Shown piece after piece: positions 10,320 through 20,303 of a stretch of DNA of 64,000 bases. The notes under the pieces were generated by a model. That model had not been told where the DNA came from. It did no database searches and worked only from the letters and a program-made list of their open reading frames with translations. This DNA is from Giardia intestinalis. Lineage: Eukaryota. The translations under genes and the position numbers were made by a program. The stretch lies in assembly GCA_000002435.2 (NCBI GenBank), contig CM018789.1. The stretch is one strand, 5' to 3'. Each line of letters starts with the position of its first letter. The stretch's first letter is position 1.

Positions 10320-11294
10320 ATGAACGTGGTATACAGGCGTATTTCCCACGAGCTAAAGCTCATCAGTATGGCTGGGGAAACATATTTCAGGGTATACCTT
10401 GACCCCAGCAATATGCTGAATGTTCACTTTACCTTTCTCGGGCCCTCTGACAGCCCATTTTCCAAGGGGTTATACCACGGGATCATTCATCTTCCACAAG
10501 ACTACCCCCACAAGCCTCCTGAAATTGTCTTCTTGACAAGCAGCGGTCGTTTTGAAACAAATAGGTATATCTGCACTAGCTTTACCTCCTTCCACCCGGA
10601 GTCTTGGAATCCGACCTGGGGGATTCGAAATATTATAATAGGTCTCAGGTCTCTCTTTGATGAGGAGACTCCTGGCAGCATCGGAAGTATCACTGCTTCT
10701 CCGGAGGTCAGAGAGAAGTATGCATTGGATAGCCACTCCTTTACGTGTCGTGTTTGCGGCTGCTCCCATGCCGACCTTGTCTCAGTCCTACACGAGTCTC
10801 CAGTATCTACCCAAGAGCCTGCAGATCATAACTCAAGTCAGACACCTCCAACAACGGATACAGTAGTACCCGGTGATGTTGCTGTAGAGGCATGTACCGA
10901 TATGTCAGTGAGTAATGAACCTAGTCAAGATCAGGAACAGGAACAAGAGCAGATAACAGAAGCACACTCACAAGATGTACTAGATGAGAAGCCAGAGAAG
11001 CTGCCAACAGAACCCTTCAGTGTGGATGACCCCAGCCATGCTCCTCAAATGCCTTCAGACTATAATACTCTCAGCTTCTCTAGTCTAGCACTTGCTGCCA
11101 TATCGCGGGGCTTGCTCCGTGCAACGCAAAGTATGAGCCCGGAAGATCACCAACCCGAAGAGACCCAGGGCCTAGACCTGTTGGCTCATCTTGTTGCAGG
11201 GGCGTCTATTCCGTCATCTGTTTTTAAACTTGTCTCACACTTACGAGAGAATGCAGAAGCTATTTGTGCTGGAGTGCAACCCCATAGTAATTAG
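10320..11294 (+). CDS. Ubiquitin-conjugating enzyme E2 (UBE2J-like UBC fold) with an acidic, Q/E-rich C-terminal extension
   Basis: The ORF-track start at 10185 is TTG and lies antisense to the neighbouring gene; the first ATG is at 10320. YHGIIHLPQDYPHKPPEIVFLTSSGRFETNRYICTSFTSFHPESWNPTWGIRNIIIGL aligns with the UBE2J core (HG.i.fP.eFPfKPP.I...TPnGRF..n.r.CLSi.dfHPd.WNPaWsv..Il.GL), including the catalytic Cys. Confidence 0.7.
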   Translation: MNVVYRRISHELKLISMAGETYFRVYLDPSNMLNVHFTFLGPSDSPFSKGLYHGIIHLPQDYPHKPPEIVFLTSSGRFETNRYICTSFTSFHPESWNPTWGIRNIIIGLRSLFDEETPGSIGSITASPEVREKYALDSHSFTCRVCGCSHADLVSVLHESPVSTQEPADHNSSQTPPTTDTVVPGDVAVEACTDMSVSNEPSQDQEQEQEQITEAHSQDVLDEKPEKLPTEPFSVDDPSHAPQMPSDYNTLSFSSLALAAISRGLLRATQSMSPEDHQPEETQGLDLLAHLVAGASIPSSVFKLVSHLRENAEAICAGVQPHSN

Positions 11295-11393
11295 TGGAAC
11301 AACTAAATCTCTTGCTGCATTTCATTCTAGTTTAATTCCGGCCGCCCACTTGTGTCCAAGGTGAGTAAATTTGGCCTTTCTTTTCGAAATAAA

Positions 11394-11993
11394 ATGACTA
11401 CTGAAGTTAAGCCAACCAAGCCTTTAACTAGTTTCTTTCTGTTCAAAAGGGACAATCAGGCTAAAGTCGCTGAATTTCCTCGAGGTGAGCAAGCAAAAGA
11501 ACTGGGCAGGCTTTGGCAGGAGCTTTCTGACGACGAAAAAAATGCATACAGCAAACGGCACAAAGATGCTATGGAGCAGTATACTTATGACTTAGAGCAG
11601 TGGTACCTAGCTCATCCGGAAGAGCGGATCAAAGACAAAGAAGAGGCAGAGCGTCAGCGGCAGAAGAATAGAGAGAAAAAGGAGAAGGAGAAAGAAAAGC
11701 GCCCTGGTCAGCAATCTGCAAAGGTCGCCCAGAAAAGAAGCAAGGCAGCTGACGCGGACAATTTACTAATGTGCTTTACAGTGGCACAGCTCAAAAAGCG
11801 CCGCCTAGAATTCAGTGATGTTCCAATATATCCTACAAACACCGTCAAGCGGACCATAAAGACGGCTCTTAACGAGATGAGTGATGCAGATAAAGAGTTG
11901 TGGCTCAATTTCTGGTACGACCTTGACGAGGAGAACAAAAATAAAGTCAAACAATTCTACCTAGAATGGAAGGAGCTCAAAGCTAAGGACTAA
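11394..11993 (+). CDS. HMG-box DNA-binding protein
   Basis: The ORF-track start at 11352 is GTG; ATG at 11394 is preceded by ttcgaaataaaATG. KPTKPLTSFFLFKRDNQAKV...LGRLWQELSDDEKNAYSK is a canonical HMG box. A K/E-rich basic tail follows. AGTAAAC occurs about 27 nt after the stop. Confidence 0.7.
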   Translation: MTTEVKPTKPLTSFFLFKRDNQAKVAEFPRGEQAKELGRLWQELSDDEKNAYSKRHKDAMEQYTYDLEQWYLAHPEERIKDKEEAERQRQKNREKKEKEKEKRPGQQSAKVAQKRSKAADADNLLMCFTVAQLKKRRLEFSDVPIYPTNTVKRTIKTALNEMSDADKELWLNFWYDLDEENKNKVKQFYLEWKELKAKD

Positions 11994-12037
11994 GAGGAAA
12001 GACAAATAGCAACGTGCATGAGTAAACCAGATGGCCG

Positions 12038-13615
12038 TTATACCTCTGCGTTAGCTAGTATATGGCAATTTGTGGACTCGACGTGTACGAAGCACCGCTC
12101 TACAAAGTCAAGTCTTTGAATGTGATCCTGGAGACCGTGCACTATGTCATGGCAGCTACACACATACATCTGGTCAGGAAGACAGATCGTCACCTCTACC
12201 GTAGACTCCTTCCCGCACTGATAGGCGAGCACTTCGTTGATGCGTTCAATGGACGGATCAAAGTGCATGGCATGAAGAACTAGTCGGGCCTGGTCTTCCA
12301 CACCTAAAGAGCGCCCAATCATCGAGCGTATCTGCGTCCGTGCGGCAAGGGTCCAGTTAATCAGTATATAAATGCACAAAATAAGGGAGCCCACGGGATC
12401 AATGTAAGAAAGATTAACAGTCCCGTCATGCCCATTGAACTTGGACCCGACGAAGGCAGCTACAAACCCGAGGGAATTGGAAAGGACATCGTTTCGGTGA
12501 TCGTCACGATAGGCTAAACACGCATCAGATAAGATCTTAGCCTCCCTCCCCACAAAGTGACAAAAGAGACACAAGAATAGCTTTAGTACAATGGTGAAAC
12601 CTATTATAACAATTTGCAAGGTGTCAAAACGAGCTGGGTTGTCGGGAACGCCCTTAGCCAGCTGTATGATCTGCTGAATGGATTCATAAGCAAGAGTTGC
12701 AGCGAATGTCCCCATGATGCATGCAAAGGATAGCACACCAAGGGTCTCATAACGCCTCTTTCCGATGGGATAAGTGATACTTTGCTTCTGGAGCTTCAGT
12801 GAGTCCTGGTGTCCCGTCTTCTCAGCCCCCGAGCGAGCCAAGCGTGCGCATATGAAGAGAACCAGTCCCGAGAGGATATCAAGGCACGAGTCCACCATGG
12901 ATGCCAAGACAGACATAGATAGCGAAAGCGAGTAGGCAATTATCTTGAGAATGACCAACAATATATTACTACCGAAAGAAAGATTGACACAAAGCTTACC
13001 AGCACTGCAAGTGCGTAACAAAGAAAGGTCCTCGGCGGGAGAAGGTACCGCCATGTCATCAAGGTCCTTGCAGAAGCTCAACAGGTATTGTCTAAAGTGG
13101 CAATCGTCTTTGCCACAATCGGTCTTTTGCAAGATTGTGCGTATACGCTCGTACAAGGTGGTCCTCAGAATAGGAATATCATCTGCGAAAGGGTTAGACT
13201 TAGAGCCAGCAGCCTTCTTTTCGAGAATCTCAAGATGTTCTAACCGCGCCTTAACGCTCCGAAGAAAGGCTATGTTATTGTGTTCCTGTAAATGTGGACA
13301 TTGTTCAATTGGTCCGTTGTCTCCTGCCACACAATTGCAAGAGTTATATCCATCCATGACAAGTGACAAGTCCTCTATGCCTAGAGAATTACCAGAGGCT
13401 TTCGCAAGACTCTCTTGGAGTGTTTCAAATTCAGTAAGCCGGAGAGCTTCAGCAAACAAGGAGGGCACACCTGGAAGAGGTGGAACGGTCATCCATTGCA
13501 GAGCCTGCGGCTCTTCTACAATGAGATCTTGCTGCTCGAGATGTGCGCTGCTATGGTGTGTCAATGTGTCATTGTCGAGACCAGTCTCTACACGGAGGTT
13601 CATCACCTTTGCCAT
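12038..13615 (-). CDS. Cation diffusion facilitator (CDF) family metal (Zn/Fe/Mn) efflux transporter
   Basis: ATG at 13613-13615. Transmembrane helices carry the SMVDSCLD/ILSGL and DACLAYRDDHRNDVLSNSLGFVAAF CDF signatures. The C-terminal cytoplasmic cation-efflux domain is also present (TVEVTICLP...HDIVHGLQDHIQRL...HVES). Confidence 0.7.
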   Translation of the reverse strand: MAKVMNLRVETGLDNDTLTHHSSAHLEQQDLIVEEPQALQWMTVPPLPGVPSLFAEALRLTEFETLQESLAKASGNSLGIEDLSLVMDGYNSCNCVAGDNGPIEQCPHLQEHNNIAFLRSVKARLEHLEILEKKAAGSKSNPFADDIPILRTTLYERIRTILQKTDCGKDDCHFRQYLLSFCKDLDDMAVPSPAEDLSLLRTCSAGKLCVNLSFGSNILLVILKIIAYSLSLSMSVLASMVDSCLDILSGLVLFICARLARSGAEKTGHQDSLKLQKQSITYPIGKRRYETLGVLSFACIMGTFAATLAYESIQQIIQLAKGVPDNPARFDTLQIVIIGFTIVLKLFLCLFCHFVGREAKILSDACLAYRDDHRNDVLSNSLGFVAAFVGSKFNGHDGTVNLSYIDPVGSLILCIYILINWTLAARTQIRSMIGRSLGVEDQARLVLHAMHFDPSIERINEVLAYQCGKESTVEVTICLPDQMYVCSCHDIVHGLQDHIQRLDFVERCFVHVESTNCHILANAEV

Positions 13616-13760
13616 TTTATTCTACTCACTTTTCACCCATAACCCTTTTCTGGCTTCTAATTTTCTGGCTGAAAATTACCTAGATAAGAACACATACAAG
13701 GAGCACGCCGAGTATGACATCAGCTGTGTCTACAATCTGTATCTACAGCAACGATATAAA

Positions 13761-14915
13761 ATGCGAAAGACATCTGTTTGGATTCTCGCACTCCTTATTA
13801 GATGCGTGCTAATTTGGCTAGGGACTTACATAAGTGATCCACCGGCGTTATCGATGACAGATATCGACTATCTCGTTGTTTGGGATGGAGTATGCCTGGC
13901 ACCAGTTCCCAGTGAGCGGCCAACATATCGCTACTCTCCAATCTTTAAGGTAATATGTTGGCCTATGTGCAGGTGGCCCACATATGGCAAAGTTCTTTAC
14001 TCACTATCAGACCTTATATTTGCCTTACTCGCGTACAGAATTACACGGCATAGTCAAAGAGTACATCACCTCTGGCTGATGAACCCGTTCGTCATTGCCT
14101 TGTCTGTGCGGGGAAGCTTCGACAGCATTGTCCAAACGCTGGTGGCATGGATGCTATTGACTATTAAGCAGCATAAGTATTTGATGTCAGGCCTTCTGCT
14201 TGGTCTATGTATTCACTTGCGCATATATCCCATAATCTTTACCCCTTTCCTTCTGCTCTATGCCTTATTAGATAGGAAGGCTGATCAAAGGGAGCCGCTG
14301 GATGGAATTTTTCGGGCAGGATTGCTTTTATGTTGCACGCTGATATCATTCTTTGCAACCACCCTGATATCGATGTTGATAGATGATGGATACTTGTCAT
14401 CAGGATTGCTTTATCATGTCTCTGGACGTGTTGATCACAGGCACAACTTGAGCATTTTGTGGGCCGTCCAGCTCGCATGCTCGAAGGGCAAAGAAGTTTA
14501 CTGCTGGCCATTTGCAAAGCTATTTCAAACAGTGATCTTAGCCGCTCTCATTATCCAACGCGTTCTAGCGTTAAGAACGTTAGAACCAATTGAGAATGAA
14601 GAGGCTCAATCTGTGCTCAAGCGAAGATACTTCTATCATCAACTTCTCAGTGATCTAGACCAGGCCTGCCGGGCATTCGTGGCATTTAATTCAGTTGTTA
14701 CAGCCCAGTATTTTTCGTGGACATTTGCCACTTTCACGCTCTCGCCCAACGCTGTTCTCAACAAAACAAGTTATGGCAAACTGGCCACTTTTGTTGGTAG
14801 TCTTGGTCTTTCCTTATGCATTTCCGGAGCACTAGAGTTCTCCGGAAAAACGAAATATTTATCATTGATTACCCTGGCAAACACTGCCGCGATGGGCTCT
14901 CTTCTATTCTTGTAA
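13761..14915 (+). CDS. GPI mannosyltransferase I (PIG-M / GPI14 family)
   Basis: The long ORF from 12945 overlaps the CDF gene antisense, so the first non-overlapping ATG (13761) was used; it is preceded by acgatataaaATG. TDIDYLVVWDGVCLAPVPSERPTYRYSPIFKVICWP matches the PIG-M DXD-like motif (TDIDY.VftDaA.....G.SPY.R.TYRYTPLLA). HLRIYPIIF matches KIYPIIY. The protein is multi-pass membrane. Confidence 0.75.
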   Translation: MRKTSVWILALLIRCVLIWLGTYISDPPALSMTDIDYLVVWDGVCLAPVPSERPTYRYSPIFKVICWPMCRWPTYGKVLYSLSDLIFALLAYRITRHSQRVHHLWLMNPFVIALSVRGSFDSIVQTLVAWMLLTIKQHKYLMSGLLLGLCIHLRIYPIIFTPFLLLYALLDRKADQREPLDGIFRAGLLLCCTLISFFATTLISMLIDDGYLSSGLLYHVSGRVDHRHNLSILWAVQLACSKGKEVYCWPFAKLFQTVILAALIIQRVLALRTLEPIENEEAQSVLKRRYFYHQLLSDLDQACRAFVAFNSVVTAQYFSWTFATFTLSPNAVLNKTSYGKLATFVGSLGLSLCISGALEFSGKTKYLSLITLANTAAMGSLLFL

Positions 14916-14999
14916 CATTTGGAATAGCCGTAGCACAGTCCTGAAGCCAGAATATTGGGGTGAGGCTGTTGCCTGTTATTTGAATGATCTTCCCATGTG

Positions 15000-16620
15000 A
15001 CCCACCGCCGCCCTGGGCAAGTCCCTCGCTCGTTCACCAACCGAGATCCAGATCCAGAGTTCGATCTCAGGTGTCAGGCGACTCCGACGGGAGAAGAACT
15101 TTTGTTCTTCCCTCTTCCCAAGGACGAGGCAGGGCAACCACGATCAGGGGACGATCATGATGCGCTCCACAAGGCAGTCCCGAGCCTCCTGGAGACCCAG
15201 ACACTGGTCTTCTTCGAGACCGAGCAGACTGCGTTCCACCGATTGCACATGGGTGGTGTCCGCATGGCATACATGGAGATGCAGACTGATGGGCACAGCG
15301 GTTTCGCTCGACATAACGAGCACCCTAACAGTAGACGGCCTCTGCCAGGCGAGTGTGCCCCGTCCCGAGGAGTTGCGTCGAGGCCTTCCTCTAATTGCGC
15401 CACGCTGCACCCCTGGACTCGGTCCCTCAGGACCCTGAGCATGCTTCTGTGCTGCGTGGGATAGAACCTGCTCACCAGGAACTGAAGGAGATACCTCGCT
15501 CACTGCCTTGCCGACGACACATCCATCTTCCATAGTAGCAACAGTGACGCGACGGGGATAGCCACAGAGGCGACAGGCCTGGCGAAGCAACATGGCTCGA
15601 CGGTCAACACTGGGTGTAGGAGCACGGAGGGGCAGGAGGCCTTCTTCCTGGCCGGTCTTAAGGAGCTTCCAAGGCAACGAAGAGCTTGAAGCTAGTGATG
15701 GCACCAATCACTCGCCCCGCCTGTCCAGACGGACCCACACGCGGCCCATATGAATCCCTCGACAGGCAAGTCGGGATCCTTGGAGTGTCTGGCTGACAGA
15801 AGTGGACTGATCCTGCCCACACCGGAGAGCGGTGACCTGGGCCACCCGCCAGGCGTCTGCCGCAGCAGCTGGCAGTGCTTGACACCCTCGAGTAGACGGG
15901 TGCCGATTGTAGAGCGAGACAACCAAGCGGTGAACCGGTCCCGATCGCTCGTGATGCTTTGGATGACGCCTCGGTGGACCGAAGCATCACCTCCAAGCGC
16001 ACCATATGATGCGAGGATGGATGGAGCCCACAGGTCAGCTGAGCCAGACGCACTGCACAGGGTGAGCGTCGACATGATCTCGTCCTGGGTGACGGAGCAT
16101 CTGCAAAAGTGCACTGCGATCCATAAGCAGAGGGCCGGGCCTCCTCCTCGACACCACCGCATGGGAGCTGTCCGCCGGCATCCACGAACGCGTACTCTAA
16201 CTCCAAGATAGAGGTGCACGGGGAGCGCACCCTCCCGGTCATACTCGGGACTGATGGTGCAATCCACGAGGAGACAAGGAGGCACCCCGAGGAACGGGGT
16301 AGGCACCCGGGGCCGTGGGGTGGGATCTTTGTCGTAGAGCACCGGCACCACAAAGCGATCCTGGAGTATATGACCAGAGTCAAGCTCCCAAGACCAGATC
16401 GCCGCGACTGACGCAAGGCCCGAGACAACGGGCGCCCACCGGTGCCAGGTGGTGGTTGCCCCAAGCCAGCCAGAGGATGGGAGAGATCCTAGAGGTAACG
16501 TGAGGAGCAGCGGCTTCCGGGGGAGGCGGGCATAGGAGTTCTTCCGCTGGGATCGAGGGCATCTAACTCTCGGAGTTCTGATCTCAGCTACTGCAGGAGT
16601 GAGAGGCTTGCCTAGGGTGG
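15000..16620. other. GC-rich island (about 60% GC against about 46% in the flanks) with no long ORF on either strand
   Basis: There is an abrupt composition shift directly after the PIG-M stop. All six frames are broken by stops every 150-800 bp. The overlapping short ORFs are rich in R/S/G/P and look non-coding. No rRNA-like or RT-like motifs were seen. Confidence 0.4.
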
Positions 16621-16747
16621 TGGTGGCTCACATGGGAGATTACTCTGATAATAGGTGACAACCTCATCTCAGTGAAACGAAGAGTAAACTGGGCTGAGAG
16701 TAAATGGGGGTGTACATTTTTGAAAAGCTGACGAACCAGCCAAATCT

Positions 16748-17032
16748 ATGTCTGGACTTAGCGACCGTGTTTCTAAGATACTCACAGACTCTACACACAT
16801 AGCGGATGCCATGAGCCAGAGCGTGGTTGATGGAGCTGTTACAGGAGTCGCCTGTCGGAGCATAAGCGAAAGTACGCGACCAATAGTTACCCAACAGGTC
16901 GCTCTCAACGAAACTGCTGCGCAGAGGCTTGGAGATCTCCTCCAGCAATCGTTTGAGAGTGAACGGATAGATAGCATCCACAGCTATGACGGCACGACCT
17001 ATTGCGAGATCTCGTGCTGGGGCGCATTCTGA
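16748..17032 (+). CDS. Small hypothetical ORF of 94 aa; its existence as a gene is uncertain
   Basis: ATG at 16748. Both this ORF and the antisense ORF 16664-16981 (which has no ATG start, only GTG) read as protein-like. The plus-strand ORF is followed by a 51-bp A/T-rich spacer and then the helicase gene. Confidence 0.25.
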   Translation: MSGLSDRVSKILTDSTHIADAMSQSVVDGAVTGVACRSISESTRPIVTQQVALNETAAQRLGDLLQQSFESERIDSIHSYDGTTYCEISCWGAF

Positions 17033-17083
17033 AAACGCAGAATAAATTGCAGCAGCTCTCTTGATAAATTACAATCCAACTAA

Positions 17084-18871
17084 ATGAAAAGTATAAACCT
17101 TGATGATATCAAGGATTTACTGAAGAAGGCGCCTGCCGAAAGACTAATTTTGTTTTTCAAGCGCCAGTCAGAGTGGGCCGACTCGAGGGCCCCGCCACCA
17201 CTTAAGCGTGACACACCTCAATGCCAGGTAGATCCATCCACAAGTTTAGAACTGGTCAAGGCTGCCCTTCCGCATTACAGAGCTGCCATGCGCGAACTTG
17301 GCATTGATGAAGTCGATATTATGGCATACCTAGCTCGCTATGACGGAGCGTCTTCTATACCTCCGATGGAAGAAGTGCTAGAAGGCTTCTACAACGAAAA
17401 CAGATTGATCCGCTCCGAATACAAGCCACTGGATTTACAAGCAATAACGCCCGTGGATGCTCTTTTTCAATGTTATAACGGCTTGCCCACACCGAACGGA
17501 CTCCAGAGAGCTATTTTATCGCATATAGTAGATAACATCTCTACACGCGTGCGACATGGATACCCTCTCAAGGGGTTGATTGTGCTGGCTACGGGACTGG
17601 GTAAAACGTACCTATCTATATTTCTGCTCGATAGATTCCTTTGCAGTATATACGGTTCATTTCGTCACTTTCTAACCACAGAGCAGGGTGTTGTGCTATT
17701 TGTGGTTAACAGCACCGTTATCAAAGACCAAGCGTTTATGAGATACAAGGCATACTTCTCACGACTTGCGGACCCCGGTACAGACGTGGAGAGCCTGTTC
17801 CTAAAGATAGAGCCAGGTACCGATAGTGTCAGACTGGAGCAGGCTCTGCTCCGTGCAAGGCTTGTTTTTGTCTTGTTCCAATCCTTGCACACCCTGCAAA
17901 AGTATCCACATATATTCAATAGGATTTACTACATAATTGTGGACGAAGTCCATCACATAATAGCGCCTAAGTATTGCAGTAGCATTTCTCTGCTGACCAG
18001 CCACCCGAAGCTTCGACTCCTAGTGGGCCTAACTGCTACTCTGGTGCACAGAGACGATCCTACGGCAGATAGAATAAAGCAGATCTTTGACAACAATCTT
18101 TTTGTAGACTTGCCGTGGACAACTGCCAAGAGTCTACAATTCTTCCCACAGGTCGAATATTATGAGTATGGACACGGATCATATCAGACTCTGGTTGCTG
18201 GCCTGAGGAACAAAACGGCTTCAGTTCAGAACTTCCTCACTGCTATACGTAAGAGTTTAGAGCGTGGTGTCACTACAGCGGGAGAGGCTGTTGTTGATGA
18301 TATAATTCGTTTCATCGCTCATAAAAAGTGCAAACGATCTATTATATTTTTCGGATCAATAACAGACCTAAATAGCTTCTACTCACTTTCTAAGAACGCT
18401 ACAGACAAGCTGTGCAGACAAAGCGAGCAAGGGGATATTGAGTTCTTCCCAATACACTACCAGATCAAAAAGCAGGTGCTTGCAGATAGATTTGCTCGCT
18501 TCTGTTCACCGCCATCTGAAACAGACAGGTTTGTGCTGCTCACAGTTGGCATGGCAACAGAAGGCTTTGACTTCCAGTTCATAGACATGGTTGTTATGCT
18601 CCGGAGAACAGAGTCTGAAAGGATCTTTGTTCAGCAACTCGGGCGTGGTCTGCGGAAGTACCCTGGAAAGGACGTCGTGTACGTGCTGGACTATGTGTAC
18701 GGTCTGCGTAACCGATGGGCTCGCTGTGCCGCTGCCGCCACTGCAGACCTCGATGCCTTGCGGGAGGACATTCTGTCCTTTTGGCCGGTGACAACACTGG
18801 CACCCCCGTATCTTCCCCTTCAAGGGGTGCACACCTCCCAAGACACCGACTCCATTAGCGTACTGGATTGA
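17084..18871 (+). CDS. Superfamily-2 DExH helicase (ResIII-like N-terminal ATPase plus helicase C-terminal domain)
   Basis: ATG at 17084 is preceded by ttacaatccaactaaATG. Motif I is GLIVLATGLGKTY, motif II is IIVDEVHH and motif III is GLTATL. Motif V/VI is VGMATEGFDFQFIDMVVML...QQLGRGLR. Confidence 0.7.
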   Translation: MKSINLDDIKDLLKKAPAERLILFFKRQSEWADSRAPPPLKRDTPQCQVDPSTSLELVKAALPHYRAAMRELGIDEVDIMAYLARYDGASSIPPMEEVLEGFYNENRLIRSEYKPLDLQAITPVDALFQCYNGLPTPNGLQRAILSHIVDNISTRVRHGYPLKGLIVLATGLGKTYLSIFLLDRFLCSIYGSFRHFLTTEQGVVLFVVNSTVIKDQAFMRYKAYFSRLADPGTDVESLFLKIEPGTDSVRLEQALLRARLVFVLFQSLHTLQKYPHIFNRIYYIIVDEVHHIIAPKYCSSISLLTSHPKLRLLVGLTATLVHRDDPTADRIKQIFDNNLFVDLPWTTAKSLQFFPQVEYYEYGHGSYQTLVAGLRNKTASVQNFLTAIRKSLERGVTTAGEAVVDDIIRFIAHKKCKRSIIFFGSITDLNSFYSLSKNATDKLCRQSEQGDIEFFPIHYQIKKQVLADRFARFCSPPSETDRFVLLTVGMATEGFDFQFIDMVVMLRRTESERIFVQQLGRGLRKYPGKDVVYVLDYVYGLRNRWARCAAAATADLDALREDILSFWPVTTLAPPYLPLQGVHTSQDTDSISVLD

Positions 18872-19326
18872 GGAATACCGCATTCTCCTTTGCCTTCTTT
18901 CCGGGCATCCACTGACTTACTTGTACAGTCTATATGAACCACAGGAAGACACGCAGAAACTGTAGGTGCAGCAAGTAGGCGCAAGAAGAAGCAGACTTGG
19001 ACGAGCAACTCACAAACCGCTGGCGTTTACTCACCGGCGTTTCTTAATAACATATCGGGTACCATCAATTATAAAGGATCTTGAGCTAGGAGCCCCTCCA
19101 CGGTATAGTGACCACCCTTTGCACATAATTTCTTTGACCGCTATAGTTTGCTAAAATTTCCTTGGTTCAAATCTCCAACAGAAGCATCCTTTCAAAGTGA
19201 GCTCCATACTGCCTTTACTCCAGACACACGACTGTCTACGATTCAATCTCCCAACTGATCAAGGTCAACGTAAAAAATTAAAGTCACCAGCTGACACGAC
19301 GTTACTTTTAATAATTAATAAATAAA

Positions 19327-20253
19327 ATGTCGGCTATAAAACACTATACTGCACTTCAGAAGTCCATTCTCAGAGCCCTTGCAGAGCAAGTATGCGCAAC
19401 GATCACTCCCCAGCAATCCGTGGAGCAACTGACAGAAAACCCCGTCATGTTACATGGGTACGTCTCCAAGATACGTATCAATTGGCTAGATATTGCACAA
19501 AGACTGGGGCAGGCGCGTGCAAGCGTCTACCATTGGTACAACGAAACACATTTGCGGCACATATCGGGGGTCAAAATGTCCAGCGAAGACAAGGATTTGG
19601 TAAAGGCCGCCATATCTAGCGCCATAGACTCGGGAGACATCTATAAGAAGGGGTTCTACATGCGCATCAGAAACATGTTTGCCGAGAAGTACTCCAGACA
19701 AGAAATAATGATGCAATATAACAACCTCTTGAGGAGCAAAGAAATACGAAAAATTCTGCACTCAAAACGCATCGACTTTACCGAAGTGCGAAGCAAAGCG
19801 TGGCGGGAGCAGAAGCACCTGAAGACTGTTCCGAGCGTAACAACAGAGCCGTACAAGGAGAGTGTGTCCTTTGGCAACGCACCAGCAGTTCACGTTTGCC
19901 TTCCGTCCAGTCAGAGTAATGTGCGGGCACCCGCAACACCAGCTATATCTTTGAGTGTGGATGCTGCACATGCACTATGCGAGGCGCCACAATACTTTTA
20001 CGTGCCACCCATGACAACAGTCAGGTGCATGTCGGCTTCTTCACTGGCCAGAAACGGAGGTTGGGGCTTCCGTGTGCCATCAGCACCGATCGTGTTCAAC
20101 ATTCCTGACTCGTCCTGGATGCCGATCCAGTCCACAATTCCTCAATGGAGTGCACAGTATCTTCCCAATATGGCGTGGATACGGAGTGCTACAGACGCAG
20201 ATGCTAAGAATGACAGCAGGGATGATTTTATCAAGCCAGCTAATAGGGCGTAG
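19327..20253 (+). CDS. Hypothetical protein of 308 aa with an N-terminal Myb/SANT-like helix-turn-helix region
   Basis: ATG at 19327 is preceded by an extremely A/T-rich tract (ttttaataattaataaataaaATG). WLDIAQRLGQARASVYHWY resembles the third helix region of a Myb repeat (W..IA..LG.R....C..RW). Confidence 0.4.
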   Translation: MSAIKHYTALQKSILRALAEQVCATITPQQSVEQLTENPVMLHGYVSKIRINWLDIAQRLGQARASVYHWYNETHLRHISGVKMSSEDKDLVKAAISSAIDSGDIYKKGFYMRIRNMFAEKYSRQEIMMQYNNLLRSKEIRKILHSKRIDFTEVRSKAWREQKHLKTVPSVTTEPYKESVSFGNAPAVHVCLPSSQSNVRAPATPAISLSVDAAHALCEAPQYFYVPPMTTVRCMSASSLARNGGWGFRVPSAPIVFNIPDSSWMPIQSTIPQWSAQYLPNMAWIRSATDADAKNDSRDDFIKPANRA

Positions 20254-20303
20254 CAGCATCACACGAACTGGGAATGCAAGTAAGCCCTCAGCGGACTCCT
20301 GCG

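Noticed and set aside
15000-16620. rDNA, a variant-surface-protein pseudogene, or a non-LTR retrotransposon as the explanation for the GC island
   Set aside because: I found no conserved rRNA core stretches, no CxxC-rich reading frame in any of the six frames, and no reverse-transcriptase YxDD or endonuclease motifs. It is left unexplained.
19160-19185. Possible tRNA gene from a GGTTCAAATC motif
   Set aside because: The flanks do not form a 5-bp T-stem (only 2 of 5 pairs) and there is no acceptor stem.
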